From: Lytechinus pictus
Taxonomy: Eukaryota
Direction of reading: 5' to 3'
Length of the DNA stretch: 64,000 nt
Assembly: GCF_037042905.1 (NCBI RefSeq)
Contig: NC_087252.1
Location: 18,850,001-18,914,000 of the forward strand
Every line of letters begins with the position of its first letter. The stretch's first letter is position 1. Under the pieces are notes generated by a model. The model saw only the letters and a list, made by a program, of their open reading frames with translations. It searched no databases and was not told where the DNA came from. The translations under genes and the position numbers were made by a program. Below are positions 27,721-40,719 of the stretch, in pieces.

Positions 27721-27879
27721 ACACAAATACAAATTCTGACAAACTCTCACACAAACTTTAAAAACGTTCAGATGAAAGAACTTGAACAAAATACTGAGTG
27801 AAAACATATCTTATATCTTATCTGTAACTCGAGTCCTGAAGAAAATACCACTGTGACCTTATGCGTTGGGACTTGTGAC
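27003..27879 (+). repeat. Recent 438-bp direct tandem duplication
   Basis: 27003-27440 and 27441-27879 are near identical. Confidence 0.95.
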
Positions 27880-29344
27880 GTTATGCGTGAGAAATCTGCT
27901 GCGACATTATGCGTTAGAAAAATTACAACAGTCCCCACTTTTCGTTGTGCAACTGGGACGGACATTACGGTATATTGATTTTGGAAGAGTTTTTTGGGCC
28001 CGCCGTAAAACACTGTCCTGCAATGCAAATTGTGTGACATGAGCATTTTTTTTTTTACGTTTCGCATCCACAACGAAAACATTCGATCTGCGTTTCGTGT
28101 GCAAAATTCCGGTTAATACTATGGTAACAGCTATATATCCGATTTAGGACGAGTTTTCAGAGCTCTTAGGGTCGCCCAAGGGGGGGGGGGGGTGTTGCAC
28201 CCACAAATGTAATAACGCCCACAAATGTAATAACACTTTACCCACAAATGTAATAATTTCACCCACAAATGTAATAATGCACTTTACCCACAAATGTAAT
28301 AATTTTTGATCGCCCACAAATGTAATAATGACTTTACCCACAAATGTAATAAATTTAAAGTTTTTTTTTGCGAATCCGTGCTAAACTAAAATCCTATAGT
28401 CATGCGTTCATATAGCACAAAAGTGCAAAGTATTTTTTCCAGACCCGGTTTATTAAAAAATCATAATATAAGTCCAAAGTCTTTTTTCCAGACCCGGTTA
28501 TTTAAAAAATTATAATATTAGTCCAAACTAAGATACGATAACGATATTCCTGTGGAATAAAAATGAGAATCGAGTCTAGTCTTTTCTCCAGACCCAGTTA
28601 ATTAAAACTGGTGGAATAAATGTATTTGTTGTTGTTTTAACTTATACGGCACGTATTGTGAATATATGCTCTAAGAGCAAATAGAGAATCAAGCGTAGTC
28701 TTTTCTCCAGACCCGGTTACTTAAAATTAAAAACTAAAACCCTATAGTAATGCGTTCATATAGCACAAAAGTGCGAAGTCTTTTTTCCAGACCTGGTTAA
28801 TTCAAAAATTATAAAAAAAAGTCAAAAGTCTTTTTTCCAGACCTGGTTATTAAAAAAATTTATAATATAAGTCCAAGCTAAGATACGATAACGATATTCC
28901 AGTGGAATAAAACTGAGAATCGAGCCTATTCTTTTCTCCAGACCCAGTTAATTAAAACTGGTGGAATAAATGTCTTTGTTTTTGTTTTAACTTATATGGC
29001 GCGTATTGTGAATATTTGCGCTAAGAGTAAATTGAGAATCAAGCATAGTCTTTTCTCCAGACCCGGTTACTTAAAACTAAAAACTAAAACCCTAAAGTAA
29101 TGCGTTCATATAGCACAAAAGTGCAAAGTCTTTCTTCCAGACGCGGTTAATTAAAAAATTATAATATAAGTCCAAAGTCTTTTTTCCAGACCCGGTTGTT
29201 AAATTAAATGTAAGTCCAAAGCCTTTTTTCCAGACCCGGTTATTTCAAAAATTATAATATTAAATTATAAAGTCCAAACTAAGATACCATAATGATATTC
29301 CAGTGGAATAAAAATGAAATTCGAGTTTAGTCTTTTCTCCAAAC

Positions 29345-30750
29345 CAGCCTATTCCTGGTTGCCAGCCAGACTTTCCTGGCAGTCACTGGTACCCAGAAAA
29401 ACAAGTTAAACAAACATGAGAACGCTGACTCATGCATTACCAGGGGGAATCCTCAGTTGTTTTCCACCAGTCACTGGGAGTTTCGGCCCGTTAGAAACAA
29501 TACTCCCTCTTGGTGGTGGACCAGCAGTGCAAAGCACCACCTTCCCCGCTGGTAACAAGAAAAAAAGGGAAAGAAAAGGGGAAAAAAAGGGGGAAGAAAG
29601 AAATAAAGGCAAAAATAAGTTGCTTAATTGCTGGTCACCCTCTTCCTTTGGACATACTTGGTCCAAATCTAAGCAGAACCCATCTCTGCTGCCTCAGAAG
29701 CAGCCCTACAAGCATGCTTATTCTCTCTATTTGAGAAACCCAACTCTCGAACCACCTAGACAATGATTTTGCTATGAACCCACGACAACCAACCTCAAAG
29801 GGGAAGCAAAACACCTTCCAGCCTTTGCATGTACACTCTGCCACAAGTTCAGAATATATTGTGAGCTTGCGCTCAAAGGCATAGTCAAAATTATCCTCCC
29901 AAGGGACGGTCAATTCTTCCAGAACTATTACCTTTGCAGAGTCAGTCCACAAAACAATATCGGGGCGGAGATTTGTAAACACCACATGCTGTGGGAAACT
30001 CCCTTTTCCGTCCAGGTCGACTCTCACCTGCCAATCACGAGCTAAGGACAAGATACTGGGCCTCGTAGACCTTGCCCTTAATCTTGGCCTAGCCCCCTCC
30101 TTCACAAAATCAATATGGGGCATACCCCCATTTGCAACACCCTTCCCAGAATTATGAGATGTCACCCTTTTTGTAACCGCCTCTTCAACAACCTTCAAGA
30201 CCTGGTTATGCCTCCAAGTATACATCCCACAACACAGGCTAACCTCGCAGGCACTAAGTATGTGCTGAAGGGTACCTCTCCCTCCACAACCACTACACTT
30301 ATCAGGCTCGTTATACCACTTGCTGAGGTTAACAGGCGTAGGCAAAAGATCGTAGGTCGAGCGAACAACGAAGGAGATTCGAAGTGGCTCCATCTGCCAA
30401 AGTACAGACCATGTCAACCTTCTGGCTTCCGCCCCCTTCCACTTCGTCCATGAGCCCTGCTGGGCCTGTCCAACTGCTGTGGCCCATCTCTTCTCCTCCT
30501 CAACCTCTCTGATCTCCTGCACAATGAGGTCGCGCCGCTCCCGGGCTGAAGCTGCTGACCACCTCTTGGTAGAAGTCCAGCCCAGGCCCAAACGACCGGT
30601 TTGGGCAGCACCAACCATCTCCTTGTGCCTCAGTCTCGACTCAGCCTCTCCCACTGCCTTATCAGCATGCCACTTCCTTCCCGATTTCACATGAGGCTGG
30701 TAATCTCTAATGACAGGATCGCTAGAATCACGAAGCATCATAAAAGATCT
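29345..30750 (-). mobile_element. HERO-clade (R2-group, restriction-like endonuclease) non-LTR retrotransposon, 5'-truncated
   Basis: ORF 29635-30741 has RDSSDP..GRKW..GRLGLG..QQGSWTKW..YDLLPTP, a CCHC knuckle (CSGC...HILSAC), YTWRHNQVL, and the REL endonuclease LRPDIVLW..ELTVPWE..ERK..Y..EVGCRGF. There is a frameshift near the C-terminus and the RT domain is missing. Confidence 0.9.
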
Positions 30751-31154
30751 TGCAACAACAAATAATCTTATTAATGCTGGATAACATGGGCATATAGCGT
30801 AGTCTTTCAGTCAGACCCATTTTTTCTTCTTCAAAATAACGCTTAGAGTAATAATAAAAATAACCTCCAAATCTAAGACCAAACAATCCTTCAACCTAAG
30901 AACCTGTTCTAAAAAGAGGTTTAGAGCGTTGTCTTTATTCCAGACCTAATCATTAAAAGAATTACGAAAAAAAATCTTCTATCGTAAGACCTCATCATAT
31001 TCTTATTCTTGTGAAGTATCACAAGTTATAAAATGTACTATTTCCTCAAGACCCGGTTATTTAAAAATGAATTAAAAGAATGTCAAATCTAAGAGTTACA
31101 CCCAGTATTAAAATATGTCTTTACCCCACACCCATTTTTTTTTTTTAATAGTAA

Positions 31155-31570
31155 AGGCCACCGCACACCTTACGACTGGTCTGCGACCCGATTTCAGAAT
31201 AAAATGTAATAGAATTTGATGCTAATATTGAGACTTGGAATATCTTACTGTGTAATGTTCTAAATCATCGTACGAATACCTATGATAAAATTCGTGACTA
31301 TGCTGTCATCCTTCTTAGAATAAAAGCGAATTTAATATCTAGTCGTAATGACGTCATAGCAGTCGTACGATTGGCTACGATTTGAAACTAATTTGGACTT
31401 TACTCCAAAATAAGGACTTGCAATCTTTCAAAATTGTTATTATATTATTATTTCAATTAATTTTAACCTCAAATTAAATGATATGTTCCCTTCACATCTT
31501 CAGAAAATGAGCAAAATGCGATTTGTTCCAAAATCGGGTCGCAGACCAGTCGTAAGGTGTGCGGTCGCCT
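31155..31570. mobile_element. PIF/Harbinger MITE
   Basis: ~40-bp TIR AGGC(C/G)ACCGCACACCTTACGACTGGTCTGCGACCCGATTT with 3-bp TSD TAA/TAA. Confidence 0.9.
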
Positions 31571-32226
31571 TAAGACCCCTACAAAACATTGTAATAATGC
31601 ATGGGTAAAGCAAACATCCTTTCTCCAGACTTGGGAAAAAATAAAATAGTTTTTACAAATATTCTAAAACGAAAACCCAATAATCTAATTACTGTGGAAT
31701 AACATGAAGATCGATATTAGACTTTCCTCCAGACACAGTTATTTCTAGAATAAAAAAGCAATAAAATCCAATCCCCTTTTTTATTATTAAAATAATAAAA
31801 AAGCAATAAAACCCAACCCCCAATTATTTAAAAATAATTTAAACAATCTTAAAAACATAAGACTTTTTCATATTCTTATTTCTGTGGAATAACACGAGTA
31901 TTATGCTTTGTCTTTCGTCTATTGGAAGAATATTGGAAAAAAAAATCAAAGCTAAGACCATTCTTCAAAATTAACCCAGTTAAAATGCTTTGGTTTAAAA
32001 GGTTGTCTTTACCCCACACCCAGTTCTCTTAAAAATACAAATTAAGCGAAACATTAATCTTAAAACTTAGACCCTAGCATCTTCCAAACTATAAAACCCT
32101 GTGCTAACGCATACTACAACAAGACAAATTAATCATAGTTTTAGGCGTAAATATTCATATCTGAATGATACGCGCCTTAAAACCCAAGATAACATCAACA
32201 ACGTTATTCTACATCAATGATATTGC

Positions 32227-32799
32227 GCATACATTCGTAATTCCGAAGCTTCGTTATTCTGAAGGTTCGGTTATTTCGAAGGTTCGTATTTCTGAAGGTT
32301 CGTAATTCCGAAGATTCGTAATTCCGAAGGTTCGTTAATCCGAAAAAAGAAATAAGGTTCGTTATTCCGAAGGTTGGTTAGTCCGAAAATATAATGAGGT
32401 TCGTGATTCCAAAGGTTCGTTAATCCGAAAACGAAATGAGGTTCGTAATTCCGAAGGTTCGTTAGTCCGAAAACGAAATGATTAACAATCTTTATTTCGT
32501 TTTCGGACTAACGAACCTTCAGAACATCAAAACTAATTTCGTTTTCAGATTAACGAACCTTCGGAACAACAAACCTTATTTCGTTTTCGGACTAACGAAC
32601 CTTCGGAACATCGAACCTTATTTCGTTTTTGGATTATCGAACCTTCGGAATAACGCCACAAAAATTCGGACTAACAAACCCTTTTACGTTTTCGGATTAA
32701 CGAACATCAAGGTATAGGCAATTTACGTGTTTCGCAATTACAAACCTTCGGAATAAAGAACCTTCGGAATTACGAACCTTCGGAATTACAAATGTAACC
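32227..32799. mobile_element. Foldback MITE of (TTCCGAAGGTTCG)n arrays, 9-bp TSD (MULE-like)
   Basis: Left-arm TTCCGAAGGTTCG repeats are mirrored by right-arm CGAACCTTCGGAA repeats. Flanks TGATATTGC/TGATATTGT. Confidence 0.8.
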
Positions 32800-35295
32800 T
32801 GATATTGTGGGGTCTGCTAATATTGTTTGTTTATTGTTTCTCATAATTTCCTATTTTGGAATAACTGGGTCTGGAGCTATTCAATGCTGAAAAGATTGCA
32901 GGGTCTTTGTTTTGTTGTTGTTGTTGTGTTTTTAATGATTCTTATAATTGGGTCTGGAGGAAAGACTACGCTATATTTCCATGTTATTCAACATAAATAA
33001 GATTGTGGGTCTTTGTTTTTTTATTATTATTTATTTATCATTAGTATTCATCATTTGGTATTTGAAAGATCTGGGTCTGGATGAAAGACTACGCTATATT
33101 TCCATGTTATTTAACATAAATCAAATAATTGGGGTCTTTTTTAATTGTTGACTCTTTAAACAATGATTTGTAATTATGAAATAAGTGCGTCTGGAGGGAA
33201 CACTACGATGTATTTCCATGTTATTCAACATCAATAAGAATGTGGGGCCTTTGTTTTATTATTGTATATCTTTTTTATGGTTTGTTATTTTAAAATAACT
33301 GGGTCTTGAAGAAAGACTATGCTATATTTTCAAGTTATTCAACATCACTGAGATTGTGGGGTCTTTGTTAATATTGTTCTTTATGATTTGCTGTTTTGAA
33401 ATAACCGGGGCTGGAACAAAGACTACACCATATTTCGATGCTATTCAATGTTGAAAAGATTGCGGGGTCTGTTCTGGTTTTTGGTTGTTTTTTGTGGTCT
33501 GTGTTTGGTTTTTGGTTGTTGTTGTTGTTTTGTTTTTGAATGATTTATTTATAACTTGGTCTGGAGGAAAGACTATGCAATATTTACATTTTGTTCAACC
33601 TTAATAAGATCGTGGGGTCTTTGTTTTTTAATAATTATTTATTATTTTTTATTTGCTATTTGAAATATTTGGGTCTGGATGAAAGACTACGCTAAATTTG
33701 GGGATCTTTATTTGGAAGATTGTTTAAATGTTTCATATAACCAGGTCTGGAGAAAAAAGACCGTGACTTAGCGCTATATTGACGTATTACTATAGAGTTT
33801 TAGTTAAGAACAGATTCGCCAAAAATCCCTTCAAATTTATAACATTTGTGGGTAAAGTCATTATTACATTTTTAGGTGAAATTATTACATTTGTGTCTAA
33901 AGGGTTTTAGTTTTTAGTTTTAAGTAACCGGGTCCGGAGAAAAGACTAAGCTTGATTCTAAATTTACTCTTAGCGTATATATTCACAATGTGCACCATAT
34001 AAGTTATAACAACAACAAAGACATGTATTCCACCAGTTTTAATTAACTGGGTCTGGAGAAAAGACTAAGCTCGATTCTTATTTTTATTCCACTGGAATAT
34101 TATTATCATATCTTAGTTAAGACTTATATTGTGATTTTTCAAATAACCGGGTCTGGAAAAAAAACTTTGGACTTATATTATAATTTTTGAAACAACCGGG
34201 TCTGGAAAAAAGACTTTCGACTTATATTATAATTTTTGTAACAACCGGGTCTGGAAAAAAGACTTTGGACTTATATCATAATTTAAAAAAATAACCGGGT
34301 CTGGAAAAAAGACTGGACTTATAGTATAATTTTTTAATTTACCAGGTCTGGAAAAAAGACTTTGCACTTTTGTGCTATATGAACGCATTACTATAGCGTT
34401 TTAGTTTATAGTTACCGGGTCTGGAGAAAAGACTTTACTTGATTCTCAATTTACTCTCAGTGCATATATTCGCAGTACGTGCCGTATAAGTAAGAACAAC
34501 AACAAAGACATTAATTCCACCGCTCTTAATTAACTGGGTCTGGAAAAAAGACTAAGCTCGATTCTCATTTTTATTCCACTGGAATATCATTATTGTATCT
34601 TAGTTCGGAGTTATATTATAATTTTTGAAATAACCGGGTCTGGAAAAAGACTTTGGACTTATATCATAATTTTTGAATTAACTGGGTCTGGAAAAAAGAC
34701 TTCGCATTTTTGTGCATTATGAACGTATTACTATAGGATTTTAGTTTGGAACGGATTCGCCAAAAATCCCTTCAAATTTATTACATTTGTGGGTAAAGTC
34801 ATTATTACATTTGTGGGCGATCAAAAATTATTACATCTGTGGGTTAAGTGCATTATTACATTTGTGGGTGAAATTATTACATTTGTGGGTAAAGTGTTAT
34901 TACATTTGTGGGCGTTATTACATTTGTGGGTAAAGTGTTATTACATTTGTGGGCGATTATTACATTTGTGGGTGTAACAGGGGGCACTTCCATTGACGAG
35001 TGGATACCAATCGCGACCACGCGTAAAAAGGGATTTCAATTTTAAGAGTGGGCACGTTACGGATATGTAGCGTTATAAGGGTGTCAAGAACGATGAAAAT
35101 AATCACTGAAAAAAGGATATATTTCGTTAGCATGGTTAGGAAAGCTACGTCTTTCCGGTCAAATTTCCAATACTCGTTAAGGATAGGGTTTCACACGCCC
35201 CCCCCCCCCCCAAGACCTTATAATATGTTACTAGACCGAAAGCTGCGTGCGCGTTCAGCACAAAATAAATGAGATTAGGCTCCGCCTACAGCGAT

Positions 35296-38200
35296 CATTT
35301 GAAGACAAAAATAAGCCCTCATTGACATTCATGAGCATGAAGATATTCATAATCCGGCCTTTTCATTGGCTAAGAGCGTCATTAATACGCGATTTTCCCG
35401 ATTCTTTGTCATCGATACTAGTGATATCAAGTTACAGAATTAATTATTCATTTGACCTCATTACGTCATCTAATTTATTCATTATGAAACTTTTCTTTCC
35501 ACACACAAAATGGACCTACGAACACTCCGGTGAGTACGTATTAATTGATATAACCACATGAATTCAGTGGGCTATTTACACATTTCACACTGTATTTTGT
35601 GATCTTAGGTTATTTCTTAAACAAATTAGAGAGTTTGCTATCATTCTTCTGTTAAAGGAAAGCAGAATTTGGTCTTTGAAATTGAAGTTAGATTGTCATC
35701 GTCCCAGTGCAGCCTGTATGTTGCTTGCAGTGTTGTGGTTAAGCCGTTATGCCGCTGAGTTAACCACATGTATTTTGTACGGGCTCCTAGCCGGCTGGGA
35801 ATCGAGAGATAATCGGGCTGGTTTGGTTAACCTCCAACAAGGACCAACCCACGATTGATTAAAACAAGAAGAATTAGGCTTCTTTTTGTACACTGTAACG
35901 TTAGATCTAGAAGGATATCTGCATCTATCTTCAGTAGATCGAGACTCAGTCAGGAATAAACTGTGAAGCGGAGTGTGGATGAAGATACGCCTGTTATTGT
36001 GTCAATCCTCAGTCCTCACTTTGTTTCAGATATCAAATTTATTTTGCATAACTTCAGGCTTCTGCATTTAGCCCCCACCCATTTTAACTCTAATTGTTAT
36101 TTATAAACATAGTTAGACTCGGTCTTAGAAATAACATGCTGCTCTGCATGTTTGTCTTATTATCAATAGATCTAGGACCTAGATCTTTTAATCCTAGGCC
36201 CTACTTATATACTTTATACTTAGATCTAGGCTACTTTACTTTTATTTATTCATCGATGCTATCAAGAGCTAGGCCTACCTAATTCAAATCTAGTCTAACT
36301 TATACTTTCCCAACCCTCGACACTTACCCCCAGGGCTTATGATCTAGGTCTGTAATTTAGGCCTAGATCTAGGTCTTGGCCTAGACGACTCCATTTACAT
36401 GTACGAGTATGACTGTCAGTGGGCCAAGGACTAGATCTAGATCTACTCTCGGTCAATAATGGCAATGAAGTCTTAGCCAGGAATAAAAGTCAGAGTCAGA
36501 CATAAAAAACTTCTAAACCGATATAGGGTCTAGATCTCGGTTTAGAACCGAAGCTTTACTTTCTAGGTCTAGATAGATCAAGAGTCCATCGTTAGTCTAG
36601 ATCTAGACCTAATTTAGATACATGAATGCTGTCGCACAGCACTGAGTCTCGTTGGACTAGATCTATACTCTCTTACAAATAGATCTAGACCTAGTGCATG
36701 AGATTTTTTTTTTTTTTTGGGGGGGGGGAGGGGGCAGACATGTGAACAAATTGAGAGAAACCTAAAATTCAGAAAGCGAGGGCCAGAAGCGACCAATATT
36801 ACCTAGGGCCGTTTTGTGCATTTTCTAAAGTAAAATTGAAGGATGTCATGCAATTCTCTTTTTGATGAAGGTTTCACATTTAAATTCATTGATTTTCTTT
36901 CTCTATTTTTTCAATCTGCAGGACTGGTGTAACAGATGTTTTCATTCAAGAAATCAAACAATTCAAGAGTCTGACTTAGGAACCACTTGATGAAGATGGA
37001 AAAGGTTTTTTTTCCAAGTCCAATTTTTCAAAAAAAAAAAAAAAATTATTATCACAACCCCAAATTTATGACGTATGAAATTTTTTGTTGATTTTCATTA
37101 AAACTGGTTGCAAAAGGAGAAGCTATAAACATACAAATAGGAGCGGCGGATTGAAGTTGAAATAGGGGGGGGGCATAGGGAAAATACTGTATTACGTGAA
37201 ATATTTTAGAAGTTGCGAGCGAGCAAAATTTTGACATTTTTAAAAAGAAAATCTGAAATATTCAGAATGATATATTTCAGCCTTTTCTTTTCTTTTCTCT
37301 TTTTTTTTTCTTGGTCGTGATTTTTTTTATAGTTTATTTATTTATTTATTTATTTTTTTTGGGGGGGGGCAAAAGTCCTTCAACCCCCCCCCCCCCCCCC
37401 ATCTGTACGAAACTGCTTATATACTCCAACTCATTAATTATTATGAATTATTATTATATTGAGAATATTGTTTTCTTGTTTCAAAGGACAATCGTCATGG
37501 TGACCATAAAACGGGTCCTTCTCAGGTGAAAGGGGCATAGAACAAGTTCTTTAGGAGCACTTTTCTTGGGTAAAAGGGGGCAGTGATTCGAGAAAGGGCA
37601 CTTACAGGAGGCGAGGGGGAACTCTTTAACATATGAAACGGGCCCTCAGATGAAAGGGCACATAACACGTTCCGGGGGGGGGGCATTTTGGGGTAAAAAA
37701 TTGCATACAAGGAAGAGCACTTGGTAACACCTAAAACAGGTTCTCGTCAGGTGGAAGGGACACAGTACACGTTCGTGTGGGGGCATTTTTTTGCATAAAA
37801 AGGCACTTTTCAGTGATTCAAGAAGTAGGGGGAACTGTGCCCCCCCCCCTCCCCAGGATCGCTGCCCCAGCATACAATTTTTTTATATTTTGGTTCAAAG
37901 TATTAACATACGCTTAAGAAAAAGGTAAAGCTTTATCCTCTAATAATGTTATATTTCTTTATGGCTAATTAATAAAATTCACCACTAACCAGAGAATTCC
38001 TTTATGTCTTTCATTTGTGTTCATATAGTATTTGTACAGAGCTAAAATGAAAGGGATTTGGAATTGGCAAAATTCAAAATGAGATGAAGATCGAGAGAGG
38101 GAAAGAGTGATGAGAAGTGGGTTGAAAAGAGATGAGAAAAAAATGGAGGGGCACATATGAAGAGATGATTTAGAGGGGGGTGGTAAGAGACCTAGAATGT

Positions 38201-39705
38201 TGGAAGTAGGAACAAAAGGGGTGGAAGAGAAATAAGACGAGATTTATGGAAACCAGGAGACAGATAACAAGTGGGAAAAGAAGAAGGAAATATATGAAGA
38301 GTTTAGTTGCTAAAGGGGTTAGGGCCACTTTGGACCATTCCGAGAAAAAACATGTTTTTATTCTCACTTGTTGCAATATTCTTATGAGAAACTAAATTGT
38401 CATGATGCACTACTCTATCATGTGAACATAAAATTGGGTTTAAAAGAAATCTACTTGTCTTCATATTTTTTAAGATATTATTTTCCAAAAAAAGTCTGTG
38501 TGGACCTACCCCCTTTTACCAATTTTTTTTTTATATACTAAAAAAAATATCATTGTGTACCTAACCCCTTTTGCAAGTAAATTGAAGTGAATCCAATCTC
38601 TTTTGATTAAATTTTTTATTTTTTTGCCACTTCCATTCACGTTTTCATTTTAATTTCAAATTTTCTTTGGTATCATCAGAGTGACTGAAAATTTAGAGGT
38701 TTAGAGACAGAAAACAATAAAATATATGAAAAATGGACCTAACCTCTTTTGACAAATGAGTTCTTCAGAAGAGTTTAGTTGCAAAAGGGGTTAGGTCCAC
38801 TCCAAGAAAATAATTCTTTTTTAATTCTCCCATATTGCAATATTCTTATGCGTAACTGAATTTTCATGATAGCCTACCATGAGAACATAAAATTGGGTAA
38901 AAAAGATATCTACTTGTCTTCATATTTTTTAAGATATTATTTTCCAAAAAAAGTATGTGTGGACCTACCCCCTTTTGCAACTAAACTGAAATGGACCTAA
39001 CCCCTTTTGAAAAAAAGGTGATTTTTCTTTGCCATATTAGTTCACTTTTTAATGGGAATTTCAACTTTTCTATGGTATCATCTTATATAGCTACTAAAAA
39101 TCTATACATTAAGACATAAAAATCAAGTTTGATGAAAAATGGACCTAACCCCTTTTGAAAATGAGCTCTACATATGTAGGAGAAAGGCGGCACAAAAGAA
39201 TTTTGAGTGGGAAAATGATTAAATGGAAAAAAAAAACAGAGTAAGAAATGCTGGAGAATAAAGGGGACAGGAAACGTATTAAACATGATAAATTGGGGCA
39301 GGTTTCATCATGAGTTACAAGTATGGTAACTACGATCTAGGGATGGCAAAAGCACTAGAGACCTCTTTACCTAATCACGACTTGATCTACTCTTTTCATC
39401 TTCCCTTTTGGAATTAGCAAAGGCCTATAAGACGCAATACAAACAATGCTTTGTTTTTAAGTGATATCGCTTGTGATATCGATACTTTATAGAGCGCAAC
39501 GTATCGTCTCAGATTTGCGCTTGCTTGATTCGCGGAATCCTTCGCGTCACGAGCGCGTAACAAAATGAATACATTAATGAATTTGCCAAGTTGACCTTTG
39601 TCATTGCGCTGATGTGCGTATTGTCTAATACACGTACAAAACCACAGTTGACGAGGGAGCATCGTACGAAATTAATATTAATGAGGGCTTATTTTAGCTT
39701 CTAAT
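35296..39705. mobile_element. Probable non-autonomous DNA element with internal promoter-like region and splice donor
   Basis: Inverted AAAATAAGCCCTCATT (35308-35323) / AATGAGGGCTTATTTT (39680-39695). Interior has ATTGG, TTACGTCA and CCG|GTGAGT, followed by an AGATCTAG-rich tract. Confidence 0.45.
38296..39171 (+). mobile_element. GAAGAG-terminal MITE, copy 2
   Basis: Colinear with 9042-9864, with ATAT on both sides. Confidence 0.85.
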
Positions 39706-39719
39706 GGATTAAACAAAAT

Positions 39720-40540
39720 GGCAAAATAGCTTCGGGGGCTTGCCCCCCCCCCCCCCCTCAACGATTCGCGCAATATTTTCGCTGCGCGAAAGTTTTGGCC
39801 GCTCCGCTCGCTGACTTTTTACTTTTAAATCTTGTGCAACTTTTGAGACCAATTTTGTGTCACCCGGGTACGTGGTTTCGAAATTACGCAACATTATGTT
39901 AGTGCATGTCGGACCAAAAATTGCTCAAAAACGTGATTTTATGTACAAAGTCAATGCAAATTATGTTTTCAACCGAAAAATCATATATGTATGATTATTT
40001 TTAGTTTTGCTGGTATAAATGTATTTATGTTATGCTTTATATGATCTTAGAAGAGTCCCCAACAAATTTCATTGAAAAAACAATGAAAAACAAAAGGTCA
40101 AACAACAATAAAATACATAAGAAAATGATTTGATATCGCAGTTTTGTTCATGTACACTTGCTTAGTACACCACAAATATTTTCTAAACCAAATGTAGAAC
40201 ATTTGGAGCTTTATTTAGGGAGTTAGAGGAAAAAGTATGATTTCGCATACTAATTACGCATAAATTAACATAATCACTTAATAGCAATTCGCATGAAATA
40301 AATTACTATACAATTCTGTAGGTTATGTCCAAGACAACCCGCGTGCCAATGTTCGGTGCGATCGCGCGGTCGACGGCCGAGATCTCAAGGGGGGGGGGGC
40401 CTCCCAGCCCCCCCCCCTGCCATATGAACTCCCATTGGCCGCGCCGCTCGCTGACTTTTTACTTTTAAATCTTGCGCAACTTTTGAGACCAATTTTGATT
40501 CACCCGGGTACGTGGTTCCCTTAACCCTAGATAGGGTTAA
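39720..40540. mobile_element. piggyBac-like non-autonomous element, rearranged
   Basis: Ends in palindromic TTAACCCTAGATAGGGTTAA. 40436-40518 duplicates 39797-39878. Related to 6197-6613. Confidence 0.55.
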
Positions 40541-40719
40541 GGGATGCATTTTTGAAAGACTTGCTTTCCTTCTTTAGGTTGCTTTTCGAAACCACACGGA
40601 CGTGCCTGGCATCCTCTCGTCAATGGAAGTGGCCCCCGGGAACTTGAATCCAATCCCCCTCTTCGGGGGGAAGTAAAACACAATGTCCATCACATTGTGT
40701 TGATTTGTGTAGGAGGAGC

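Larger units (their letters stand above)
28193..34979. mobile_element. 6.8-kb foldback DNA element with TGT...ACA termini (Ginger-like) and tandem-array arms
   Basis: TIR TGTT(G/A)CACCCACAAATGTAATAA. Terminal arrays of CCCACAAATGTAATAA, then arrays of TTTTCCAGACCCGGTTA, mirrored in the two arms. Inserted in a G-run (GGGG on both sides). Confidence 0.85.
28175..40640. mobile_element. CCC(GG)G-terminal MITE split by ~12 kb of nested insertions
   Basis: Left end CCCAAG(G)n, interrupted by an insertion, resumes as GGGGCACTTCCATTGACGAGTGGATACCA (34980-). Right end TGGCATCCTCTCGTCAATGGAAGTGGCCCCCGGG (to 40640) is its inverted counterpart. A related reversed copy is at 19020-19248. Confidence 0.6.

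Noticed and set aside
28193..29340. CRISPR-like repeat/spacer pattern (also 32860-34979)
   Set aside because: Spacers are very short or are themselves repeated, the arrays are mirrored as TE arms, there are no cas genes, and the context is eukaryotic.
30115..30694. Plus-strand ORFs overlapping the HERO element
   Set aside because: Antisense shadows of the GC-richer retrotransposon ORF.
28144..34977. Twin ORFs MGKVIITFVG... on opposite strands
   Set aside because: They are translations of the mirrored terminal arrays, not genes.
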